Source: a virus
Direction: 5' to 3' (one strand)
Virus record (IMG/VR): IMGVR_UViG_3300037511_000399
DNA: 60,524 nt
The notes under the pieces are model-generated. The model saw only the letters and a program-made list of their open reading frames with translations, was not told the DNA's origin and made no database searches. Positions 35,174 to 43,600 of this stretch are shown in pieces; position 1 is the first letter of the stretch; every line of letters begins with the position of its first letter. The position numbers were made by a program, and so were the translations under genes.

Positions 35174-35267
35174 CGTAACGCGCGCATCGGTTCGGCGCCA
35201 GCGACTCGAACGCTGATTGGCGGGACCAAGGCCCGCAGTCCTGCCGTTGGACGAGCGCCGAAAGTGC

Positions 35268-35789
35268 TCAGTGGCTGCTGACGCGCAGGCTGTTGTCGTC
35301 GGGCCGGTAGATCGCACGCACCGTCGGGCGCTTGTTGCCGAGCTCGTCGGGATAGAAGCAGGCCCGGCTGATGCGCTCGCAGAGACCCGGGATCGTGCGG
35401 CCGGTGTTCTCGTTGATGAGGTTGGTGACCTGCACCTGGCCGAAGCCGTCTTCGCCCTCGACGTAGAGGTCGGCGCACGGGATCGGATCGCTCTCGACGA
35501 AGTTCGGCAGCGCCCGGCCGGCGACGGTCTCAGTCTTCGAATATGGCTCGTTCGGATCGAGGAACACGACCACGATCGTCTTTTTATCGCTCAGCTTCGA
35601 AGTGTCGAGACGCTTGACGATGCGTGCGAGCGAGACCTGGCCTTTGTGCAACTTGCCGAGCCAGCGACCGGCGAGCGAGTCGATTCCCTCGACGTCTTCG
35701 AGCAGCCAGATCGTGTTTTTGTCGGGCTTGTAGCCCTTGCCCTTCTTGTCGGTCTCGGTGTCGTTCGCGTTGTCGTTCTGATCGGTCAT
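35268..35789 (-). CDS. hypothetical 173-aa protein (acidic/Lys-rich N-terminus), no recognised family
   Basis: ORF-track, ATG start, very diverse composition. Visibly more A/T-rich codons than its neighbours. Confidence 0.7.
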   Translation of the reverse strand: MTDQNDNANDTETDKKGKGYKPDKNTIWLLEDVEGIDSLAGRWLGKLHKGQVSLARIVKRLDTSKLSDKKTIVVVFLDPNEPYSKTETVAGRALPNFVESDPIPCADLYVEGEDGFGQVQVTNLINENTGRTIPGLCERISRACFYPDELGNKRPTVRAIYRPDDNSLRVSSH

Positions 35790-35803
35790 GCGTTGCTCCT
35801 GGT

Positions 35804-36133
35804 TCAGCCGGGCCTGCCGGCGATCTTCGTGGGCGGCCTCTGCAGATCGCGCGCCTGCACCTTGTGGTTCAGCTCGTCAACGATGCGCTTGGCCGCGACC
35901 ATCTCGGAGGCCAGCGCGTTGTTCTGCTTCTCGAGCTTGCCGAACAGCTGATCGAAGTGCTTGCGCGCCTCGACGAGCTTTGTCTCGTACTCCGCTTTCG
36001 CAGCGGCGAGGCCCTCGTCGACCTCTCGCGATCGGTCGCGGTGAGCGAGCCATCGGATCCAACAGTCGCGGGCCCCCACCATGAAAATCAGGACGCTGAA
36101 CAGCGCGGCGAGCGACGGCATGATGGCGAGCAT
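35804..36133 (-). CDS. N-terminally anchored coiled-coil membrane protein (109 aa)
   Basis: In frame of ORF 35804..36523, ATG at 36133. MLAIMPSLAALFSVLIFMVGA is followed by a heptad-like charged helix. Confidence 0.6.
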   Translation of the reverse strand: MLAIMPSLAALFSVLIFMVGARDCWIRWLAHRDRSREVDEGLAAAKAEYETKLVEARKHFDQLFGKLEKQNNALASEMVAAKRIVDELNHKVQARDLQRPPTKIAGRPG

Positions 36134-36250
36134 TGGCGCGGGGCTCCTATTGGCCCCGAGCATATCTCCGCCAAAGGGAAATGTCGTGCGTGCATACCTC
36201 GCCGCCGCCCACAGGCCAGCCGACGCGTTGCGCGGGCGGGAGCGCCAGGG

Positions 36251-36745
36251 GTGACCGCGCTGCCGCCTGACAACGACCTCTCCAAGCTCGATCCGGTGTT
36301 CCGTGAGCGCGTCGAAGAGGTTCTGCGCCGGATGCGGGTCGATGGCTTCGACGCCATCGTGTGGGAGGCTCACCGATCGTTCGAGCGCGCCGAGCAGCTC
36401 GCGCGCGTCGGCACCGGCATCGCGAAGTCGATGCACTGCTACGGCCTGGCCGCCGACATCGTGCCCGCCAAGCCGCCGCATTGGGGCCCGCCGGCGACGT
36501 TCTGGGCCGCGCTGCGCCGCCACATCGAGGCTCTCGGTTGCACGTCAGGCATGACGTTCACGCGCCGCCACGCCAAAGGCGACCTCGACCACATGCAGGC
36601 GCTGCCCGCGAGCTGTGATGCGTGGGTTCGCAACGCGACGGCCGCGGAAATCGCCGAGCGCGTCGCGCTCGAGCTCGACGCCACGTCGCCGGACCGACGC
36701 GACACCATCAAGCAGCCGAGCAAGCCGCCCGGGGGCCATGGATGA
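36251..36745 (+). CDS. peptidase M15-type (VanY / L-Ala-D-Glu peptidase-like) endolysin
   Basis: In frame of ORF 35624..36745. GTG 36251 after GGGAG. Motifs SMHCYGLAADI (S-x-H-x-x-G-x-A-x-D) and DLDH. Confidence 0.7.
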   Translation: MTALPPDNDLSKLDPVFRERVEEVLRRMRVDGFDAIVWEAHRSFERAEQLARVGTGIAKSMHCYGLAADIVPAKPPHWGPPATFWAALRRHIEALGCTSGMTFTRRHAKGDLDHMQALPASCDAWVRNATAAEIAERVALELDATSPDRRDTIKQPSKPPGGHG

Positions 36746-37083
36746 TCGGCGACCAGGATGCGATCGAGCGCAGCCAGCTGAAGGCGCTCGAGGCCTCGCT
36801 GCTGGCTCCGCACCAGCCGGCGATCGATCGGACGTCGTTCCGGCTCGGGCCCTGGCTCCGCGAGAACGCGGCGCCGACAGCGGTGCGCGAAGCGCTCGAG
36901 GCCTTCGCTCTCGACGTGTTGCGCAAGGATCGGCTGCTGCGTGGCGTCGGCGCGGTGCCGGAGACCACGCTCGAGCCGACGCCGGTGCACAGTCCACGTG
37001 CAGCGATCGAGCCGCAGTCGGCCGCGCAGCGCTGGCCGCAGACCACAGGCGCCGAGTGGCCACAGCGCAGGGGCTCGCGGTGA
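36742..37083 (+). CDS. hypothetical protein in lysis block
   Basis: In frame of ORF 36622..37083, ATGA-coupled. Confidence 0.5.
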   Translation: MIGDQDAIERSQLKALEASLLAPHQPAIDRTSFRLGPWLRENAAPTAVREALEAFALDVLRKDRLLRGVGAVPETTLEPTPVHSPRAAIEPQSAAQRWPQTTGAEWPQRRGSR

Positions 37084-37088
37084 GCGGT

Positions 37089-37538
37089 ATGCCGCCAGCT
37101 CTGACGATCGAGGATCTCGCTAGCGAGGTTGCGAAGGCGCGCGGCGACGCCGGCGACGTCAAGCGCGCGGTGCTCGGTGATTTGCGCTCAGGCGGACTGC
37201 GCGAGCGCCAGGCCGCGGTCGAGACGAGGCTCAACGAGCAGGACCGACTGACCGAGCATCGGCTCGGCTCGTTCGAGACCTGGTTCAAGCACCTCGATCA
37301 GCGCCAAGCGACCTGCGAGGGCTTGCTGCTCGCAATGCAAGCCCGCAGGCCGAGCAGCGTCGTCGTCGGCGCGCTCGTCTTCGCGGCGCTCGCAGTCGCG
37401 GCCTCGGCGATGTTCGTGGCGCGCGACACCGCGTCGATCTCGCGCGATGCCACGCGCCTCGTCAGCATCGCGATCGAGCAGCGCGCCGAGCAAATCGCTG
37501 ATGAACGCGCCGAAGAGCGTTCGCGTGGGGCTCGGTAA
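37089..37538 (+). CDS. membrane protein with C-terminal TM segment (holin/spanin-type candidate)
   Basis: In frame of ORF 36615..37538. A coiled-coil N-terminus is followed by SSVVVGALVFAALAVAASAMFVA. Confidence 0.45.
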   Translation: MPPALTIEDLASEVAKARGDAGDVKRAVLGDLRSGGLRERQAAVETRLNEQDRLTEHRLGSFETWFKHLDQRQATCEGLLLAMQARRPSSVVVGALVFAALAVAASAMFVARDTASISRDATRLVSIAIEQRAEQIADERAEERSRGAR

Positions 37539-37541
37539 TGC

Positions 37542-38012
37542 ATGGCCGATCAGGAGTCGTTGTCGTTCAGCTTCAGCGCGAGCACGAAGGTGTGGCTGGC
37601 CATCGTGACGATCGTCGGCACGCTCGGGAGCAGCATCTACGCGGTGGTGTCCTGGGTCGGCGCTCGTTCCGACCTGCACACGCAGAGCACGAAGATCGAC
37701 GACAAGCTCGAGTCCGAGCTCAGCGTGTGGGAAGGCGAAAAAGCCGACCTGCGCGAAGCGCTCTGCGTGCAGCGCATCGAGCTGCGCCTGCTCGCTGCCG
37801 CGGTCGTGCGTACGAAGGCCGCAGAAGCCGAGCCCGTTCGCGCACGTCGCGCCGAGACCGCGAGCAGCGCGTACAGCGCATTCATGGACGCCACGCGCGA
37901 CTGGGGCAGCTGCAAGGACAGCGTGCACGTCTCGAACGAGCGGCTGCGCGAGCGGCCGCTCAATGCTGCTTGGCGGCAAACGCTCGGCACACCGCCGCCG
38001 AACAGCGACTGA
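37542..38012 (+). CDS. N-terminal TM plus coiled-coil protein (i-spanin-like candidate)
   Basis: ORF-track 156 aa. VWLAIVTIVGTLGSSIYAVVSWV is followed by a charged helical region. Confidence 0.45.
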   Translation: MADQESLSFSFSASTKVWLAIVTIVGTLGSSIYAVVSWVGARSDLHTQSTKIDDKLESELSVWEGEKADLREALCVQRIELRLLAAAVVRTKAAEAEPVRARRAETASSAYSAFMDATRDWGSCKDSVHVSNERLRERPLNAAWRQTLGTPPPNSD

Positions 38013-38033
38013 TCTGACCCGGAGATTCCACCC

Positions 38034-38447
38034 ATGGCGACCGCAACCGTTCACTTCAGCTGGTTCGAGGATGTCGTCGAGGGCGCCAACTGCGGCTCTG
38101 ACTCGTTCGTCTACGCGTTGACCGCCGCGGGCAGCGCGCCGACGACGGCCAATACGCAGCTGACCGACCTCACGCAGATCAGCTACACGAACCTCAGCTC
38201 GCGCACGACCACGACCAGCTCGAGCTCGCAGTCGAGCGGCACGTACAAGCTGATCCTCGCCGACCTGGTGCTGACCGCGAGCGGCGGTTCAGTCGCGGCG
38301 TTCCGCTATCTCGACCTCTACGACGACACGATGGTCAACGACAAGTTGGTGCTTTGGTACGACTACGGCTCGGCGCTGACGCTCGCGAGCGGCGAGACGC
38401 TGACGATCGACCACGACGGCACCAACGGCGTGTTCACGGTTTCCTGA
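38034..38447 (+). CDS. small beta-rich protein (virion accessory candidate)
   Basis: ORF-track 137 aa, Thr/Ser-rich, strong codon bias. Confidence 0.6.
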   Translation: MATATVHFSWFEDVVEGANCGSDSFVYALTAAGSAPTTANTQLTDLTQISYTNLSSRTTTTSSSSQSSGTYKLILADLVLTASGGSVAAFRYLDLYDDTMVNDKLVLWYDYGSALTLASGETLTIDHDGTNGVFTVS

Positions 38448-38458
38448 AGGAGACGACG

Positions 38459-39007
38459 ATGCCTAAGACCGAGCAGGAAATCGAAGCGCTGTCCGCCACG
38501 ATCGAGGCGGCGCGCAAGCTCTATCACGAGCAGGGCGACGCGTTGCCCGGTGCGAAGCTGCGCGAGCTGCAGGCGCACATCAACGATGCGCAGCGAGCTC
38601 GCGCGCTCGCGATCGCCGACGGCTGCTCACCTTGCCCGAGCTGCAGCGAGCAGCCGGTGGGCATGGTGCAGACCGTGCAGCTCAGCGGGCAGTCGCGGCA
38701 GAGCTACGAGATCGGCTGCGAGCACTGCCTCGATCACCGCGCGCTCGGCCTCGACGTCGAGGGCGCGCGCCGCGCCTGGGAGCGCGGTCCCGGTCACCCG
38801 CAGGGCTGGCGCCCGCCGAAGGGTGGCCGCGAGCTCAAGCGCACGGTGGAAGGCATCGTGACCACGATGCCGAGCGGTCGCGAGATCAACTGGTCGGCCG
38901 AGATGACGCTGAAGCGGCGCGCCCTGCTCGCACGCGAAGCGATCAACGAGTCGGCGACGTTGGATGTCGGCCGGCAGCCCGAAGCGGAGGCGCCCGCGGT
39001 CGAATGA
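38459..39007 (+). CDS. hypothetical Cys-containing protein
   Basis: In frame of ORF 38354..39007. ATG 38459 after AAGGAG. CSPCPSC...CEHC. Confidence 0.6.
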   Translation: MPKTEQEIEALSATIEAARKLYHEQGDALPGAKLRELQAHINDAQRARALAIADGCSPCPSCSEQPVGMVQTVQLSGQSRQSYEIGCEHCLDHRALGLDVEGARRAWERGPGHPQGWRPPKGGRELKRTVEGIVTTMPSGREINWSAEMTLKRRALLAREAINESATLDVGRQPEAEAPAVE

Positions 39008-39507
39008 TCATCCCGCACCGCCGCATCATGCTGGTCGACAAGGGCTACGGCCGCGAGCCGGGGCCCTTGCGATACAGCGGCTTCAACCTGGTGCACCCCG
39101 AGGCTGAGAAGCTGCAGGCGCCGCGGCACCCGCTCGCGCCCAAGGGCTTCGGCTCGCAGGAGCAGAGCCCGCTCACGGTCACGTACTTCGCGCTGTTCTG
39201 GTTCTGGGTGCCCGAGGGCCGGCGCGACGTCTGGCGCGGCAAGAGCCTCGCGGTCGACGTCACGCCCGTCGAGGCCGCGCGCCTCGCCAGCGGCGAGCTC
39301 GAGGAAGTGCGCCGGGACTACACGTTCCCGAAGTCGATGCCGCAGCTCGTCGCCGGGCAGTGGCTCAAGCCGATCTGGGAGCGCATCTGCGTGCAGCGAC
39401 TCGGCGAGCTGCCCGAGGTCTATCGGCAGATGGATGCGCTCACGCTCGGTGACAAGGTCAAGGCGCTCGAGCAGAAGCGCAACGCGATCGAGATCGTGAC
39501 GAGGTAA
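39004..39507 (+). CDS. hypothetical protein
   Basis: In frame of ORF 38632..39507, ATGA-coupled. Confidence 0.6.
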   Translation: MIIPHRRIMLVDKGYGREPGPLRYSGFNLVHPEAEKLQAPRHPLAPKGFGSQEQSPLTVTYFALFWFWVPEGRRDVWRGKSLAVDVTPVEAARLASGELEEVRRDYTFPKSMPQLVAGQWLKPIWERICVQRLGELPEVYRQMDALTLGDKVKALEQKRNAIEIVTR

Positions 39508-39510
39508 CGC

Positions 39511-39981
39511 GTGTCGACCGCCAAACCAGCTTTCAACTCTGCGGGCGCGGCCTTCACCTGCACGATGGCGAGCAAGACGTCGGGGCAGGGCCGACGCTCG
39601 GCCGCGGTCGCGAACAGCACGAACCTCGACCTGGACGTGGACGTCTTCGTGTCGTTGACCCCAGGCACGATCACGTCCCCGGCGGCGTTCTTCGTCTACG
39701 GCTACGGCAGCAACGACGGCACCAACTTCGACACCGGCGGCAGCACCGACGCCGACTACAACACGATCGCCGGCGACGAGAAGCTGCTCGGCATGGTCGC
39801 GATCCTCGCGAACACCACGGCGCGCGGCGGCATGTTCGCGTTCACTGCCGCGCCCGCGTTCCGCAGCGGCCTGCCCTACAGCTTCGGGATCATCATCTCG
39901 CAGACCAACTGCGGAACGTTGAGCAGCACCGAGGGCAACCACATCAAGACGTACACGCGCCGGCAGATCACGATCGCGTGA
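39511..39981 (+). CDS. small beta-rich protein (virion accessory candidate)
   Basis: ORF-track 156 aa, GTG start. Confidence 0.6.
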   Translation: MSTAKPAFNSAGAAFTCTMASKTSGQGRRSAAVANSTNLDLDVDVFVSLTPGTITSPAAFFVYGYGSNDGTNFDTGGSTDADYNTIAGDEKLLGMVAILANTTARGGMFAFTAAPAFRSGLPYSFGIIISQTNCGTLSSTEGNHIKTYTRRQITIA

Positions 39982-39989
39982 GGTCCGCT

Positions 39990-40616
39990 ATGGATATCGA
40001 AGCCGAAGCCACCAAGCCCAGCATGCTCGACGTGCTCTGCCCGATGCCGGACGGGCACGACGAGCAGCGCAGCGGGCCGTGGCACAACCTCGAGCAGTGG
40101 ACGCACCCGGAGATCCCGGCGTGGTTCGCTCGCGCGATCGTCTGGCTCGAGCGCGACCGCGCGATCGTCTCGCGGCTCGCGCGCGCGATGCGCGACCACT
40201 ACGTACCGCTGAGCGCCGACGCGGATGCGGAGCACAACGCATGGCACCGCGTCGAGGCGCGATGGATGCGCGCCGTGCTGGTACTGGCCCGAGGGCTCGC
40301 GAGCGGCAGCAAGTACGCGCTGGGCCTGATCGACGCGATCGACCGGCTGCAGCTGCGCACGATCGCCGGCGAGGAAGTGCTGGTGCGCGAGTGGAACGCG
40401 GCTGAAGCCGCGGCCGCGCAGCAGGCCGACGCGCGCCACGAGAAGACTGGCGATTTCATCGAGCCGATCGAGGCGGCGCGCATCGCCTGCCGTGTGGCGG
40501 CGCTCACGGCCGAGGAGCTGCGGTGCGTCGATGCGTGCGAGGGGCTCGGCGAGCAGTGGCGCGGCGACTTGGTGGATGCGCTGTTCGAGGCCATCGAGAT
40601 TGAAGCGCGGGGCTGA
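39990..40616 (+). CDS. hypothetical protein upstream of the tail fibre (possible assembly factor)
   Basis: In frame of ORF 39978..40616. ATG 39990, with an alternative GTG at 39978. Confidence 0.55.
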   Translation: MDIEAEATKPSMLDVLCPMPDGHDEQRSGPWHNLEQWTHPEIPAWFARAIVWLERDRAIVSRLARAMRDHYVPLSADADAEHNAWHRVEARWMRAVLVLARGLASGSKYALGLIDAIDRLQLRTIAGEEVLVREWNAAEAAAAQQADARHEKTGDFIEPIEAARIACRVAALTAEELRCVDACEGLGEQWRGDLVDALFEAIEIEARG

Positions 40617-40622
40617 GGCGAC

Positions 40623-43600
40623 GTGCCGTCGCTCAACGCCAACAGCTCCGGCACGCTGGCGCTGACCAGCAACCTGCCCGGTCTCGCGTCCAACACGTAC
40701 AACTACACGCTGCGCGTGTTCTTCCGGCTGCTGGGGCTGGCCGACCAGCCCGTGATGACGATCGACGACGCCGGCTCCAACTACTGGCAGTGGTGGACGA
40801 CGGCCGCCGGCGCGCTCGAGATCGACAGCAACACCGGCAACACGGCGCTGCTCACAGGTCTGTCGACGAGCGAGTGGATCGGCATCATTTCGCGGATCGA
40901 CGCCAGCACGTCGCGCACCTGCACGCGGCGAGGCTTGGCAAAGCCCGTGTTCACGAACGCGACCGACGTCCTGGCCGCGAGCGGCATCTGGCTCGCGGGC
41001 TCCGGCTTCAGCGAGCACTGCAACGTGGTCGTGCGCGGCTGGGCCATCTGGGACTCGCAACTCACGGACGCCGAGATGATCGCCGAGCTGCAGCAGCTCG
41101 AGCCCGTCAAGCGCGCGACCCTCTTTCACTACGAGGACTGCGGCGGCGTGATCGCAGCGGCAGGCCGCGACGTGAGCGGGCGCGGGCGCAACTTCACGCG
41201 CGCCGGCACGTGGATCGTGTCGCAGTGGGAGCCGCCGGTACCGCCGAACCGCGACTCGACTCAGCGCATCCTCGATGCTGCTGCGAACGCGTACACGCTG
41301 ACAGCTGCAAGCAAGGGCATCGACCTGGCCGAGCGGTCGGCTGGGCTCACCGCACAGCGCCAGCTCGCCGCTGCGAGCAAGAGCATCGATCTCGCCGAGC
41401 AGTCGGCGGTGCTGAACTATGGGTTCACCTTGCCGGCCTCGAGCGCGGCGCTGAACCTCGCCGAGCGAGATGCAGGCTTGACCGCGCAGCGGACGCTGGC
41501 GGCTGCGAGCAAGAGCATCAACCTGGCCGAGCAGGCGGCGAGCCTGTCGGGAGCGTTCCCTCTCGTCGCGTCGGCGAGCGGTCGTTTCCTCCAAGATCAG
41601 AACGGCGTTCCGTTTCGCATCCAGAGTGAGAGCGCGTGGCTCATGTCGATCTACGGCACGAGCTCGAGCGTCGACAGCTACCTCGACGATCGACTGGCGA
41701 AGGGGTTCAACACCTTCATTTTGATGCCGATCGTCACATCTGACTTCGGTGGTCCCAACAATGCGAATGGTGATGCCCCATTCAGCACAGCCGGGCACTT
41801 CTCGACCACAAACAATGCGTACTGGAATTTCATCGACACCATCATGACCAAGGCGCTGGCGCGCAACATGGTGGTCAAGTTTGCGATGGTGTATCTCGGC
41901 TTCGGCGGCGGCTCGCAGGGCTGGGCGAGCGAGATCACGCAGAGCTACAACGCCGATCCGGTGATGTTCAACTATGGGGTTTTTCTCGCGACCCGCTACG
42001 CGAGCTTTCCCAATGTCATCTGGTACACGTGCGGTGACTACGGCCCTCCGACAGGCGGCACGCTCAGCTTGCGCGTGCAGAAGGTTCGCGACGGCATTCT
42101 CTCCGTGCTGCCGGACGCGATCTTCGGCGCTGAAATGGACAACCCCGACACGATGCCGGGGGACTACACAGATTTCAGCAACCTAGACTGCAACACAGCA
42201 TATGGGTACGGGCCGAGCGGTCGTCCTGATCAGACGTACGACACTGCCGATCGCAGCTGGGGGTATGGAAAGCCCGCGTGGATCGGTGAGCCCGCGTACG
42301 AAGACACAGCGTTTGGAACCGATCCATCGCGCGAAGGCATCCGCGCATCGCAGTGGTGGTCGATCACAGGCGGCATGGTCGCTGGCTGCAGCATGGGCAC
42401 GAAGGGTATCTGGGATTTCGGGCTCTCAGCGTCGGTTGCGTCGCGGCTCGAGACCGACGTTTGCCACGACACCGTCTATCAAAACGACTTCTGGTCAGCG
42501 CTCAAGTGGTACCTGCATGTGCCGAGCGGCAAGACAGAGATCTCGAGCCGCACGCTCTGCTCACAGCCGAGCGCCAACAACTACGAGCACGTCCAGGCGA
42601 GCATGGCCAGCGACGGCAGCTCGCTCGTTGCGTACGTGCCGCCCAACGGCACGGGCACCGTCACATTCACAGTAGACCTGCGCGGCATGGCCGCGGGCAC
42701 GCTGCGCGCGCGCTGGTACAACCCGACCGACGGCACCTACAGCACGACCGGCCTCACCGGCACGTTCGACAACACGCAGAACGCGAAGAGCGTCACGACG
42801 CCAGGCGACAACGGCACGGCACAGGGTGACTGGGCTCTGCTTGTGGACGTGCCGCCCGCTGCGAACGCGTACACGCTGACAGCTGCGAGCAAGAGCATCG
42901 ACCTGGCCGAGCGGTCGGCTGGGCTCACCGCACAGCGCCTGCTGACGGCCGGCAGCGCGGCAAGCAACCTCGCAGAGCAGCCGGCAGGGCTCACGGCGCA
43001 GCGCGTGCTTGCCGCGGTCGCTGCGTCGCTGAACATGGCCGAGCAGGCGGCGGGTCTCACCGCACAGCGCGTGCTCAGCGCCGCGAGCAAGAGCCTCGAC
43101 CTCGCCGCGAACGATGCCGCGCTGCTGTATGGCCTGCAGCTGGTCGCCGCGAGCAAGGGCATCGATCTCTCGGCCAACGACGTCGCGCTGCTGCGCGCGC
43201 TGGTGCTGTCGGTGGACAGCAAGGCGCTCGACCTGGCAGGGCGCGACGCGGCCCTGACCTACTCGTCGCTCCGCACGCTCGTCGCGTCGGCGGCGTCGCT
43301 CAACCTGACCGAGCGCGATGCTGGCCTGCTCCGCACGCTGCTGCTTGCGATCGACAGCAAGGCAATCGATCTCTCCGCGCTGCCGGCTACGCTGGCCTGG
43401 TCGTCGCTGGTGACGTCGGTGGGCGCGGTGCGCGCGTCGCGCTCGAGCTCGCGATCGGTGCAGGTCTCTGGAGACCATCGGCCGCGCTCGGTCGCGCTCA
43501 AGCGTCGGCCGACTTACGCGACAAGCACGCGAGCCCAGCACACGCGCGTGAGCGGCGTTCCTGTCCCTGACTACGCCGTGTTCGGCGCGTTGCCGGCGCA

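Noticed and set aside
35804-36133. Calling the minus-strand TM/coiled-coil protein the i-spanin of the lysis cassette.
   Set aside because: It is on the opposite strand from the endolysin. In addition, a same-strand protein with the same architecture (37542-38012) already fits that role. I kept it as part of the separate cassette.
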